From contig CAKUIA010000013.1 of NCBI GenBank assembly GCA_934660865.1, positions 30,001 to 62,000 of the forward strand: DNA of 32,000 nucleotides. The letters are read 5' to 3'. Both the position numbers and the translations under genes were made by a program. The notes under the pieces were generated by a model that made no database searches, was not told the DNA's origin, and worked only from the letters and a program-made list of their open reading frames with translations. The stretch is from an uncultured Opitutales bacterium. GTDB taxonomy: Bacteria > Verrucomicrobiota > Verrucomicrobiia > Opitutales > Intestinicryptomonadaceae. Of this stretch, positions 8,365-17,450 are shown piece after piece. Within the stretch, counting starts at the first letter, position 1. Each line of letters opens with the position of its first letter.

Positions 8365-10962
8365 CTATTTCGTAAGCTTAAAGAAAAGGTTGTCGCCCTT
8401 TTTCATATCCAAATCGAGCACCGATTTTTGCCCCAAATCTTTTTGGTTGAATATGTCGTACACCTTAAAGGTTCCGTTTAAGTTTACGTTGCGCATACCG
8501 TCGCTTTGGGCGGTAATGGAAATATACTTTTCGTTTGCGTAAACGGCGGTGTTTGGCTGGCAGTAGATATGCACTTTGGCCAGCTTTGCGGCATGCAAAT
8601 ATAGCTGCCACGGAACAAAAGTTGTCGGTATAAACATATTGTTTTTGCGCACTACAACGGCGGGCGCGCCGTTTTGGAATTTGGCCAAAACAATGTCGCC
8701 TTCTTCCGCAACGGGGGCAAGCATAGGCAGCGTTGCCCCTTCGCCGAATGTCTGCGGCAAGCCCGCATTTAGCCCCTCTTTTGTGGCAATAAGCCTGCCC
8801 GACATTTTCACTTCTTCAACCTCAAAGCCCGTAAGCTCTTCTACAGCTTCAACCGAAAATGCGTTTGCGCCTTTGTCTATATAGGCAGGCAGCCAAACCC
8901 AAACGTTAAACGAATTTTTGCAGACATTTGCAAGGGGTTGCCTTTGGGCTTTGTCCATTGCAATGGTTGCGGCAAAAATTTTCATCGGGGCATTTACCCT
9001 GTTTTTTATAACATCGCTTAAAAGATAGTGCCCGAACGGGAACGCGCATTTGTTAAGCTCGCCGCGGCCGTACCTAAGCGTTCTAGACGTTGTCTTATAC
9101 GACGCCGTGTTTAGCCCCACATACGCCATGGAAGCTTCGTCGCAAATAAAGGCAACCGGCGGGTTGTAAGCCGCCAAATCGCTTTCTGTTGCGCTTTGCG
9201 CCAACTTTATTTGGTCGAACAATTTTTGGTCGGCAAACCAGCCCTCGCCGCCCAAGTCCATAAACCAGTTTGCAAAATTGCGCACATACTCCTGCGCCAA
9301 GTTGCGGCGCAAAACACTAATTGTGTCTTTTTGCGTAAGCAATGTAGGCTCTATGCCGGGGTAGTCGCCCTCTTTGGGGGCCAAGTAGGTGGAAGTATCG
9401 TCTTCGTCCAGCCAAATTTTGCCCGCCGCCGTTATAGATTCCGCCGCACCCATTACGGTTTTGCCGTCGCCAAAGCGCCTGTCGCAATAGGAAATAGGCC
9501 CGCATAAAATATCTATATTCTTGTTGTTTAAAATTCTTTCCAAACCGTAGTGCCCCGAGCTAGACGGGCCTTTGGGCGAATTCGAAAGCTCCATAGAATA
9601 CCCGTAGAAAGCCAAAACAAGCCTGTTCGGCGCGCTTTCTTTTGCCGCGTTGCAAAAAGTTTCCAAAGTGTCGCACAATGCAACCTGCATAAATTCGTTG
9701 TAGTCTATCAAATCTTGGTCTTTTTGCGGGTTTAAAATATAGTCTTTTGCCGACAACCGCCTTTGCACGCTTGGCACGGTTGCAGTTTCCATTTTAGCCG
9801 ATGTGTCTTTGCGCGAAAGCGCGTAGGCCTTGTCGTCTTTATATTTGTTTTTCAAAAACTTGCGCCACTCTTTTTGGGTTGCAATGTCAAAGCCGTCGTT
9901 GTGGCCGCTCCAAGTGTCGCCGTAAAACCACTCCTGATTGCGCCCGTTTGTGATATGGTAGCCCGCAATGTTGTTCGGATAGTTTTTCTCGGTAAACTCT
10001 ATAATGCGCTTTATGGTTTCTACACCGTCTTTGCGGTAGTTTTCGGAGCTAAGCGAAACATATTTTTTGCTCCTTACGGGTTTGTTATGCTGAAAATATG
10101 TAACCATATCTTCGTGGTGCGATTCCCTCCATTTTGCGGACGGGTATAAAAGCAGCCTGGGGATAATTCTGGCATTGGGGTTTGCCGCAATAATTTCGTC
10201 GAATGCGGCCTTGTATTCTGTTAGGTCGAAATCTCCGCCGTCGTTCGCCCACGGCGTATAGATTGGGAATGTGGCAAAATCAACCCCCGCATTTTTTGCC
10301 ATTGCAACCTGCGCCGTAATGCAGTTTGCGCCAAATCCTTTAATTAGGCGGTAGTCTTCAAACTGCTTTCTTAAGCCCATATTAAGTTTTACGGGCCTGT
10401 TAGCCTTCAAGCTTACCGAAATTTTGTAAGTATCGTTCGCCTTAACGCTAATGCCGTTCATTATTATATGAAAGCCCTCCATTTCCTTGGGCTTTCTTTT
10501 GCCTACCAGGCAACAGAAAACGTTTTTGCCGTCAACCTTGGCGTTTTTAAGAACAAGCGGCAGGTCTTTGCGGTTTTTATCTTTGCACCAAAAAGTTATG
10601 TCTTTGTCTAAAGCTTCGCCCGAAAAGTCGAAAACTTTTTCGGTTTTGCCTGTTGTAAGGTTTTCTATCTTAACTTCCGAAAAATACAAGTCGGTTGCCG
10701 CAAGCCCCAAAAACCTGACGTGTATTGCGCATTTTGAACAATCGAATGTGGCGGTAAATTCTTCGGTAAAGGTGCGCCACGAAGTATCGGCCTTTACGCC
10801 AGTTGTTCCTCCGTAAACCGCATACACCATTTTAGAGCAAATGGGCTTGCCGTTTGCCGTAATTTGGGGAACCGAATTTACAACTTCAACCTTGTAGTTG
10901 TCGGCAAAGCACGGCGAAAGCGCAATGCCCATCAATGCAAATAAAATATGAATTTTCCTCAT
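8365..10962 (-). CDS. Exported multidomain putative glycoside hydrolase (N-terminal beta-sandwich/CBM-like region plus a GH42-like TIM-barrel region). Family not established.
   Basis: 865 aa with signal peptide MRKIHILFALMGIALSPCFA. The central region has a GH-A-clan-like pattern (HITNGRNQEWFY, then WLDEDDTS further on). Neighbours are carbohydrate-active genes. The function is a low-confidence guess, but the CDS itself is well supported by its length. Confidence 0.6.
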   Translation of the reverse strand: MRKIHILFALMGIALSPCFADNYKVEVVNSVPQITANGKPICSKMVYAVYGGTTGVKADTSWRTFTEEFTATFDCSKCAIHVRFLGLAATDLYFSEVKIENLTTGKTEKVFDFSGEALDKDITFWCKDKNRKDLPLVLKNAKVDGKNVFCCLVGKRKPKEMEGFHIIMNGISVKANDTYKISVSLKANRPVKLNMGLRKQFEDYRLIKGFGANCITAQVAMAKNAGVDFATFPIYTPWANDGGDFDLTEYKAAFDEIIAANPNARIIPRLLLYPSAKWRESHHEDMVTYFQHNKPVRSKKYVSLSSENYRKDGVETIKRIIEFTEKNYPNNIAGYHITNGRNQEWFYGDTWSGHNDGFDIATQKEWRKFLKNKYKDDKAYALSRKDTSAKMETATVPSVQRRLSAKDYILNPQKDQDLIDYNEFMQVALCDTLETFCNAAKESAPNRLVLAFYGYSMELSNSPKGPSSSGHYGLERILNNKNIDILCGPISYCDRRFGDGKTVMGAAESITAAGKIWLDEDDTSTYLAPKEGDYPGIEPTLLTQKDTISVLRRNLAQEYVRNFANWFMDLGGEGWFADQKLFDQIKLAQSATESDLAAYNPPVAFICDEASMAYVGLNTASYKTTSRTLRYGRGELNKCAFPFGHYLLSDVIKNRVNAPMKIFAATIAMDKAQRQPLANVCKNSFNVWVWLPAYIDKGANAFSVEAVEELTGFEVEEVKMSGRLIATKEGLNAGLPQTFGEGATLPMLAPVAEEGDIVLAKFQNGAPAVVVRKNNMFIPTTFVPWQLYLHAAKLAKVHIYCQPNTAVYANEKYISITAQSDGMRNVNLNGTFKVYDIFNQKDLGQKSVLDLDMKKGDNLFFKLTK

Positions 10963-11005
10963 AAGTTAAACGATTACATTTTTGCTTGCACCTGTCAAGC
11001 CTAAG

Positions 11006-11038
11006 GCAAAAAAGGCGCGCATAAACACAATGCGCGCC
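11006..11038 (-). terminator. Rho-independent terminator after the esterase gene
   Basis: On the minus strand: stem ggcgcgca / tgcgcgcc (8 bp, GC-rich), 9-nt loop, followed by TTTTTTG. This is the only convincing terminator inside the 8.4-21.8 kb minus-strand run. Confidence 0.65.
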
Positions 11039-11063
11039 GGGCAAAGTTTTCCGATTTTTGCGA

Positions 11064-13025
11064 TTAGTCGGCAACTTTCTTTATGTATACGCCGTAAATT
11101 TCCAAGTTGGCGTTTTGCCGCCAGTCGAAGCGCAAGTCGCACCCGTTGTTTTTGTTTTCAAAGCGCAAATCTTTTACCTTAAAACTTGCAACCTTGTTTT
11201 TGCCGGTGCCCGACATTTCAAAAGTACCCAATTTCTTAAATGCACCCTTTGGAGCGTGCTTGCTTGCCGAAAAGCCAATGTCTGAAGAATCGTATAAAAC
11301 GCTTACCATGCAATCCATAGAATCTTTATAGACTACCGCAATTTCGTAGGTGCCCTTTGGCGAATTTTTAAACTGCATTGGCGCATTAAAATACATCATA
11401 CCAAGCGGCTTTGTTTTCTTTGCACTTCTATACAAAATACCGTTTTCGTCCCTAATTTCGTCTATAGAGCCTTCGCCGTGTTTTAGCACCGGGGCAAATT
11501 TTGCAAAATCTTTTAGGTCCACAGAATTTGCGTCTTTTGCAACAGCATTGCCGAAAAAGTCGGGTATCGGCAAATTGTCGCTTTTAAACGGAAGCGCGGG
11601 CAAACCGTTTTCGCCGTACAGGTTGCCCAAAGCCGTTGTTTTAAACATATACCTTACGGCAACAGGCTTTAAAACTTTGTCGCACTCTACAACAACTTTG
11701 TTGCCTATAATTCGCGCTTTGGCGTCGTAAAAAACATTGTCTTTTCCACAAAGCTCGAAGCCCGAAACGGTGTCGGCCGGCACAATCAGGGCGTCTTTGT
11801 CTTGCCCGAACATAGCGCCTTTGGTTCTGTTTATTGTAAGCTGTTTTGTAGTCAAAAGCTTTGTGTTTTTAAATACAACTTCGGCAGCATTGCCTTTAAA
11901 CAAAACCTTGTCTACTTCGGGCGAAGCCAACGGCTTTTTAGCATCTATCGACTGCGCCAATTTGGCCAGTCTTTCGCCTACAATTTCCTTTTGCTGGGGG
12001 TGAATGTCGCCTATTTCGCCTATGTCGAAAGACGAAACTAAATGGGAGCTTTTGCATTTTTTTACCGCGTTAATTTGCGCCTGTTTTAGATACGCCCACG
12101 CCCTGCCCGTAATGTCGCCGTCTACGGGGCGGAAAGTCGAAAGCAAAACGTTTATAAACGGAATTTCGTGGCGGTTAAACTCGCTTCGCCACGAAGTTAT
12201 AAGCGAGCAAAAAAGCTCTTCGTAGCGCTGCGCCCACATAGAGTTCGATTCGCCCTGCCACCAAACAACGCCCTTAAACGTGTAGTTGCGCAAAGGATAT
12301 ATCATTGTATCGTGCAGGGCATAGGCGGGGTAGTTGCCCGAAGTTAAAATGTCTTTTCTTGTAAGGTGTTTTGCTTCGCTGCGCGGCAACCACGACTGTA
12401 TTCTTGTTGCCCCAACGGCCGACATAAGCATACCTACGGGAACGCCGGTATCCTCCTGCAAATGTTTGCCGAAATAAAAGCCTGTTGCCCCGAAATTGTT
12501 TATTGATTTATAGTTTGCAAGCTGCCAGCCGTTTTTTGTTTCGGCGTTTTCGCGCAGCTTGTAAAAACTTTCGGGCTGTTTGCCGCGTGGAGTAGCCACC
12601 GTAAACAAGCGCAAATTTTCGTTGCAATAGTCGCGCTCTTTTTCGATTTTTGTAAGCAAAGAGTGGTGCGCTATGGGGGTAGCCATATTCGATTGGCCGC
12701 CGCAAAGCCAAACATCGCCAACAAGCACGTTTGCAACGGCTATTTTTTTGCCGCCCGCATTTTGCGCCGCCAGCGTTTTGCCGTTGCAATCGGCTTTCAT
12801 CGGGGCTAAAACGGCCAGCCAATTACCGGAGGAATCGGCTTTGCAAACAACCTTTTGTTTTGCAAATTCAACCGTTATTTTGTCGAACGGTTCGCTTGTT
12901 CCGAAAACCGAAACGGGCATATCGCGCTGCAAAACCGCATTGTCGCAAAAAAGCGAGTTAAACTTTAGTTCGCCGTACGCGAAACACGAAACAAAAAACG
13001 CCAATAAAACAAATACTGCTTTCAT
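11064..13025 (-). CDS. Sialate O-acetylesterase-family (SASA/DUF303, SGNH-like) carbohydrate esterase with an extra C-terminal beta-sandwich-like domain
   Basis: Hallmark motif VWLCGGQSNM and signal peptide MKAVFVLLAFFVSCFAYG. The track start at 13040 is a TTG, so I prefer the ATG at 13025. The last 150 aa or so lie beyond the usual esterase core. Confidence 0.8.
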   Translation of the reverse strand: MKAVFVLLAFFVSCFAYGELKFNSLFCDNAVLQRDMPVSVFGTSEPFDKITVEFAKQKVVCKADSSGNWLAVLAPMKADCNGKTLAAQNAGGKKIAVANVLVGDVWLCGGQSNMATPIAHHSLLTKIEKERDYCNENLRLFTVATPRGKQPESFYKLRENAETKNGWQLANYKSINNFGATGFYFGKHLQEDTGVPVGMLMSAVGATRIQSWLPRSEAKHLTRKDILTSGNYPAYALHDTMIYPLRNYTFKGVVWWQGESNSMWAQRYEELFCSLITSWRSEFNRHEIPFINVLLSTFRPVDGDITGRAWAYLKQAQINAVKKCKSSHLVSSFDIGEIGDIHPQQKEIVGERLAKLAQSIDAKKPLASPEVDKVLFKGNAAEVVFKNTKLLTTKQLTINRTKGAMFGQDKDALIVPADTVSGFELCGKDNVFYDAKARIIGNKVVVECDKVLKPVAVRYMFKTTALGNLYGENGLPALPFKSDNLPIPDFFGNAVAKDANSVDLKDFAKFAPVLKHGEGSIDEIRDENGILYRSAKKTKPLGMMYFNAPMQFKNSPKGTYEIAVVYKDSMDCMVSVLYDSSDIGFSASKHAPKGAFKKLGTFEMSGTGKNKVASFKVKDLRFENKNNGCDLRFDWRQNANLEIYGVYIKKVAD

Positions 13026-13054
13026 TGGCGTTAAATTCAATCTATGTATTTATT

Positions 13055-13831
13055 TTATAGCAAGCCCCATTTTTTTCTCAGGCGGTTTTCCCACGGCGAG
13101 AAAAGCAGCTTGTCGGCCAAAAGCCCTATTACCACAACTACAAGCATAATTGCTATAACCTGCGCCATATCCGACAACTCCCTGCCGTAGTGCAAAAGCT
13201 GGCCAAGACCTACGCCCGTAAGTATTGTTACGTATATTTCGGCGGCCATAAGCGAACGCCAGGCAAAGGCCCAACCCTGTTTCATACCGCCTACAATGCT
13301 GGGGAAAGCCGCGGGCATTATAACGTGAAGCCAGGTGTGCAAGCCTTTCGAACCCATTGTTTGCGCCGCTTTTATAAATATGGGGGGAATGTTGTTTACG
13401 CCGTTTTCGGTGCTGATTATAAGCGACCAAACCGTGCCCATTAACACTACAAAAAGCATTGCGCTTTCGGTTTGCCCAAACCAGATTATTGCAAGGGGCA
13501 CCCAGCATACGCTTGGCAACGCCTGCAAACCCAGGGCAACAAGCCCGAGCGTGTCTCTAAAAATCTTTATTTTAGCGCACAGCACACCAAGCGGAATGCC
13601 CACAACTACGCCGATTAAATAGCCGATTAAAAGCCTTTTTATTGTTACAACAATCGCTTTCGGCAGCATAAGGGTAATTGTCGCTTCGTACAGATATTTT
13701 GCAACGTCTACGGGGCTGGGCAAAATCATCTTCGGCCAAATTCCCGCAAGGCATACCAAATACCAAACAAGCACAATGCAGCCCAAGCCGAGTATCGAGA
13801 ATATAAATCTTTTAAAAAATTCCTTTTTCAT
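13055..13831 (-). CDS. ABC transporter permease, NitT/TauT (TauC/SsuC-like) family
   Basis: Polytopic membrane protein with an EAA-like loop region (KAAQTMGSKGLHTWLHVIMPAAFP). The preferred start is the ATG at 13831 (MKKEFFKRF...), 1 nt after the ATPase stop. The track's longer ORF (to 13891) would overlap the ATPase gene. Confidence 0.88.
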   Translation of the reverse strand: MKKEFFKRFIFSILGLGCIVLVWYLVCLAGIWPKMILPSPVDVAKYLYEATITLMLPKAIVVTIKRLLIGYLIGVVVGIPLGVLCAKIKIFRDTLGLVALGLQALPSVCWVPLAIIWFGQTESAMLFVVLMGTVWSLIISTENGVNNIPPIFIKAAQTMGSKGLHTWLHVIMPAAFPSIVGGMKQGWAFAWRSLMAAEIYVTILTGVGLGQLLHYGRELSDMAQVIAIMLVVVVIGLLADKLLFSPWENRLRKKWGLL

Positions 13832-13832
13832 T

Positions 13833-14666
13833 TTAGTCCTCCGCGTTGCCGTCAAGGTGGTTTTTAAGAGCCGCGGTAACCGTCCTTGCATATTCCGAAA
13901 GCCTTACATCGTTAATGTCTCTGGGTCTGGGCAAATCAACCTTAAATTCCTGCGCTATTTTGCCTGGGTGCGGCGAAAACAGAATAATCCTGTCGCCAAG
14001 GCAAACGGCCTCCCTTATATTGTGGGTAACAAAAACTATGGTTTTGCGGCGAACCTGCCAAATCTTCTGCAAGTCGGCGTAAAAGTTTTCGCGCGTCATG
14101 GCGTCTAAGGCGGCAAAAGGCTCGTCCATCAAAAGAACGTTCGGGTTTGGCGCCAAAGCCCTGGCCAAGGCAACCCTCTGCCTCATACCGCCCGAAAGCT
14201 CGTGTATGGACGAATGCGCAAAGTTTTCAAGTCCCACAAGTTTTAGATAGTATTTTGCAACCTCGCGGCGCTCCTTTTCGTTAAGATTGGGCTTTAGGCG
14301 CAAGCCGAACATAACGTTGTCGAAAACGTCAAGCCACGGGAAAAGCGCGTGTTCCTGAAACATAACCATGCGGTCGCGCCCCGTGGTGGTAATGGGCTTG
14401 CCGTCTATATACAAGGCGCCCGAATCGGGCTTGTCCAAAGCGGCAATAAGGTTAAGCAATGTAGACTTGCCGCAACCCGAAGGCCCCACCAGGCATACAA
14501 ACTCGCCCTCTTGAATATGGAGGGATACGTTCTGCAAAGCCACAACATCGGCGGCTCCCTTTTTGTCGGCCTTAAAAACGCGACTTACGTTTTCTATAAG
14601 CAGCTTTGAAGGCTGCACGTTTTCCAGCTCGGCTGCTACCCTACTTGACTGTTTTTGACTGGGCAT
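13833..14666 (-). CDS. ABC transporter ATP-binding protein, NitT/TauT (TauB/SsuB-like) family
   Basis: Walker A GPSGCGKST, signature LSGGMRQRVALARAL, Walker B LLMDEPF, H-loop VTHN. Confidence 0.92.
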   Translation of the reverse strand: MPSQKQSSRVAAELENVQPSKLLIENVSRVFKADKKGAADVVALQNVSLHIQEGEFVCLVGPSGCGKSTLLNLIAALDKPDSGALYIDGKPITTTGRDRMVMFQEHALFPWLDVFDNVMFGLRLKPNLNEKERREVAKYYLKLVGLENFAHSSIHELSGGMRQRVALARALAPNPNVLLMDEPFAALDAMTRENFYADLQKIWQVRRKTIVFVTHNIREAVCLGDRIILFSPHPGKIAQEFKVDLPRPRDINDVRLSEYARTVTAALKNHLDGNAED

Positions 14667-15633
14667 TTTTCAGAATAAATTTGTCTATGTCGACTTTGCC
14701 TTTTATGAACCCGCACGAAAGCGCGTCGTTCATAAAATCGTTCAGACTTTTTTCGTTTATTTGGTGGGTAAACTTAATGCGCTTCCAGGCGTTGTCTACC
14801 AACTCCGGGGGAATTTTGCCCTTTGTAAGGTTTTCCAGCGCCTTAAGCGTTAGCGCCTTGGCCTCTTTTGGGTTCGCCAAAATCCACTCGGTAAGCTCCT
14901 TGTTTGCCTGCTTTATTTTGGCCGACAATTCGGGCTCTTTTTCGAGCATTTTTACGCTGGTAGCCAAAACGGTTGTAATGGCGTCGTTTTGCTCTAAAAA
15001 CACCTTTGCCGAAGCGTTAAGCTCCAGTCTTGAAACCCAGGGTTCTACAGTCCAAACGGCGTCCAGCCTGTTTGTCTTAAAAAGAACAAGTTGGTCGGGG
15101 TTGGAGGTAGGCACAATCTGCGCGTCTCCGCCCGAAAGGGTTACATTTACGCCGTTGCGCTTTAGATAGGCACGGCAAACAACGTCTTGCGTGTTGCCAA
15201 GCTGGGGGGTTGCAATAACTTTTCCCTTAAAGTCTTTTGGCGTTTTTATCGTGCTGAGGGGCTGAACGAGCAAAGCCGCCCCGCCCTCTACTGCGCCAGC
15301 CAAAAGGCGAATGTCGCTTGTGCCCGATTTTACATAGGCGTTAATTGCAGGGTTTGGGCCGACATAGGTTACGTCTACACTGCCCGCAAAAAGCGACTCC
15401 ATTGCGCTTGGGCCTGCATTGAAAACGCGCCATTGAATTTCCACATTGTCGCCCAAATATTTTTCGAACCAACCTTTGCCCTCCAAACTAAGCTGGTGGG
15501 CAATAAGCGCCTGCGCATGCGTAATGTTGGGAAAGTGCCCTATTTGAACCACTTTTTTGCCGTTGTCGGGCTTCGAACAGCCCGCCAAAACGCAAAGCGA
15601 CAAAAGTAAAATATACGAAAAAAGTTTTTTCAT
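14641..15633 (-). CDS. ABC transporter substrate-binding lipoprotein, NMT1/SsuA/TauA-like
   Basis: Lipobox LAGCSKP after the signal peptide. The type-2 periplasmic binding protein pattern (VVQIGHFPNITHAQALIA ... FNAGPSAMESLFAGSVDVTYVGPNP) resembles SsuA/TauA. The 3' end overlaps the ATPase start by 26 nt. Confidence 0.8.
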   Translation of the reverse strand: MKKLFSYILLLSLCVLAGCSKPDNGKKVVQIGHFPNITHAQALIAHQLSLEGKGWFEKYLGDNVEIQWRVFNAGPSAMESLFAGSVDVTYVGPNPAINAYVKSGTSDIRLLAGAVEGGAALLVQPLSTIKTPKDFKGKVIATPQLGNTQDVVCRAYLKRNGVNVTLSGGDAQIVPTSNPDQLVLFKTNRLDAVWTVEPWVSRLELNASAKVFLEQNDAITTVLATSVKMLEKEPELSAKIKQANKELTEWILANPKEAKALTLKALENLTKGKIPPELVDNAWKRIKFTHQINEKSLNDFMNDALSCGFIKGKVDIDKFILKNAQSKTVK

Positions 15634-15636
15634 TTG

Positions 15637-17007
15637 CTATATGTTGTTGCCGCACGAAGGAAGCTGCGAAAGAGCCATTGCAATTTCTTCGGCCTGATAT
15701 TGGTAGTTCTTTAGTTTGCCGGCAAAGTAGTCGATATAGGCCGCCATATCAAGGTGGCCGTGCCCCGACAAATTAAAGATTATGGCTTTCGATTCGCCCG
15801 TTTTTGCGCATTCCCTTGCAATGTCCATTGCAGCCGAAATGGCGTGGGACGATTCGGGAGCGGGTGTAATGCCCTCGTTTCTTGCAAAAGTTACGGCGTC
15901 AGCAAAAACGTCTAGCTGGTCTTTGCGTACGGCTCTCATTAAGCCCAAATTGTAGATATTGCTTACCTGGGGCGCCATACCGTGGTAGCGCAGGCCGCCA
16001 GCGTGAACCGCAGGGGGTATGTAGCGGCTGCCCAAAGTGTACATCTTCATAAGCGGAGTTTCGCCCGCAACGTCGCCGAAGTCGTAGGCGTATTTGCCGC
16101 GAGTCAGGCTCGGGCACGCCGCCGGTTCTACACCCACAATTTCAACCTTTTTGCCGCCGCGCAACTGTTCGCCCAAGAACGGGAACGCCAAGCCCGCAAA
16201 GTTCGAGCCGCCGCCGCAGGCCCCGACAATAACATCGGGATAGTCGTTCGCCATTTCCATTTGCTTTAGGGCTTCCAAACCTATAACGCTTTGGTGCAGC
16301 AAAACGTGGTTCATAACCGAGCCTAGGCAGTATTTCGAAGTAGGGTCTTTCAACACAACCTCCAAAGCCTCCGAAATTGCAATGCCAAGCGACCCTTTGC
16401 AGTTTGGGTCTTTCGCCAAAATTGCGCGCCCCGCCTCGGTTGTTGTGCTCGGCGATGCAATAGCCGTAGCCCCGAACAATTCCATTAGCGCCTTTCTGTA
16501 GGGCTTTTGGTCGAACGAGCATTTTACCATAAACACTTCGCACTTTATGCCGAAAATGTTGCACGCCTGCGCCAACGCCGAGCCCCACTGGCCTGCGCCC
16601 GTTTCGGTTGCAATGCGCTTTGTGCCCTCTACATGGTTTTGGAAAACCTGCGCCAGCGCCGAGTTTGTCTTGTGCGAGCCCGAAGGCGAAACGCCCTCGT
16701 ATTTATAATAAATTCTGGCGGGGGTATTCAGCGCCTTTTCAAGCCTGCGCGCCCTGTGCATGGGCGACGGCCTCCACTGGCGCAAAACGTCTCTAACTTC
16801 GCGGGGAATGTCTATCCAGCGTTCCTTGGAGTATTCCTGGTCCATTAGCCCTTTTGCGAAAATCCTGCAAAGCTCCTCTTTTTGAAGGGGTTTGCCCGTT
16901 GCCGGGTTTATGGGCTTGGGCGTGCTTCTCGGCAAATCCGCCTCTATGTTGTACCACTGTTTGGGCGTTTGCTCTTCGTCGAGTATGTATCTTACTTTGT
17001 TGTCCAT
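15637..17007 (-). CDS. TrpB2-type tryptophan synthase beta-like PLP-dependent enzyme (stand-alone)
   Basis: 456 aa. PLP-lysine motif YYKYEGVSPSGSHKTNSA and ETGAGQWGSALA (W where TrpB1 has H), plus the N-terminal extension characteristic of TrpB2. No trpA or other trp genes occur in the window. Confidence 0.85.
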   Translation of the reverse strand: MDNKVRYILDEEQTPKQWYNIEADLPRSTPKPINPATGKPLQKEELCRIFAKGLMDQEYSKERWIDIPREVRDVLRQWRPSPMHRARRLEKALNTPARIYYKYEGVSPSGSHKTNSALAQVFQNHVEGTKRIATETGAGQWGSALAQACNIFGIKCEVFMVKCSFDQKPYRKALMELFGATAIASPSTTTEAGRAILAKDPNCKGSLGIAISEALEVVLKDPTSKYCLGSVMNHVLLHQSVIGLEALKQMEMANDYPDVIVGACGGGSNFAGLAFPFLGEQLRGGKKVEIVGVEPAACPSLTRGKYAYDFGDVAGETPLMKMYTLGSRYIPPAVHAGGLRYHGMAPQVSNIYNLGLMRAVRKDQLDVFADAVTFARNEGITPAPESSHAISAAMDIARECAKTGESKAIIFNLSGHGHLDMAAYIDYFAGKLKNYQYQAEEIAMALSQLPSCGNNI

Positions 17008-17027
17008 ATATCTAAAAATTTTGGTTG

Positions 17028-17399
17028 TTATCTTGCAATTATCTGAACGGCGCCCTGCTCGGTCGGCGACTTTTTCATGTCGAATACAATCTTTTCGGGA
17101 ACGGCGCTTTTTTCGGGCGCGTTTTGGCTGTAGGCGGGGAACGACACTACCTGCGTGTTCAAATCAGCCTTTTGGGGCAACGCGGTGATAAGGGCGGGCT
17201 TTGCAAAGCAGCCAAATTCGTTTGTTTCAAACTCTATTTCAAGCGGCGCTTCGCCCAAATTCAGCCCGTTTACTATAATCGGTGCGCCCTCGGGCACGCT
17301 CTGTATCGAAACTACCCTTGTTTCGTTTAGCCTTTCGGGAGTCGAACACGCAAAAAGCAAAATTGCGGGCAACAAAAAAATTGTGTAAATTTTTCTCAT
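17028..17399 (-). CDS. Small PEGA-domain lipoprotein
   Basis: 123 aa. Signal peptide with lipobox LLFACS. PEGA-like core IQSVPEGAPIIVNGLNLGEAPLEIEF. Confidence 0.7.
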   Translation of the reverse strand: MRKIYTIFLLPAILLFACSTPERLNETRVVSIQSVPEGAPIIVNGLNLGEAPLEIEFETNEFGCFAKPALITALPQKADLNTQVVSFPAYSQNAPEKSAVPEKIVFDMKKSPTEQGAVQIIAR

Positions 17400-17450
17400 A
17401 AAGCGTTAAATTCAAACAGCTATGATACGAAAAATCAACAACTAAAAACG

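Noticed and set aside
13832-13891. 20-aa N-terminal extension of the ABC permease ORF
   Set aside because: It would overlap the ATPase gene by 59 nt. The internal ATG at 13831 gives MKKEFFK followed by the first transmembrane helix, and it lies 1 nt after the ATPase stop.
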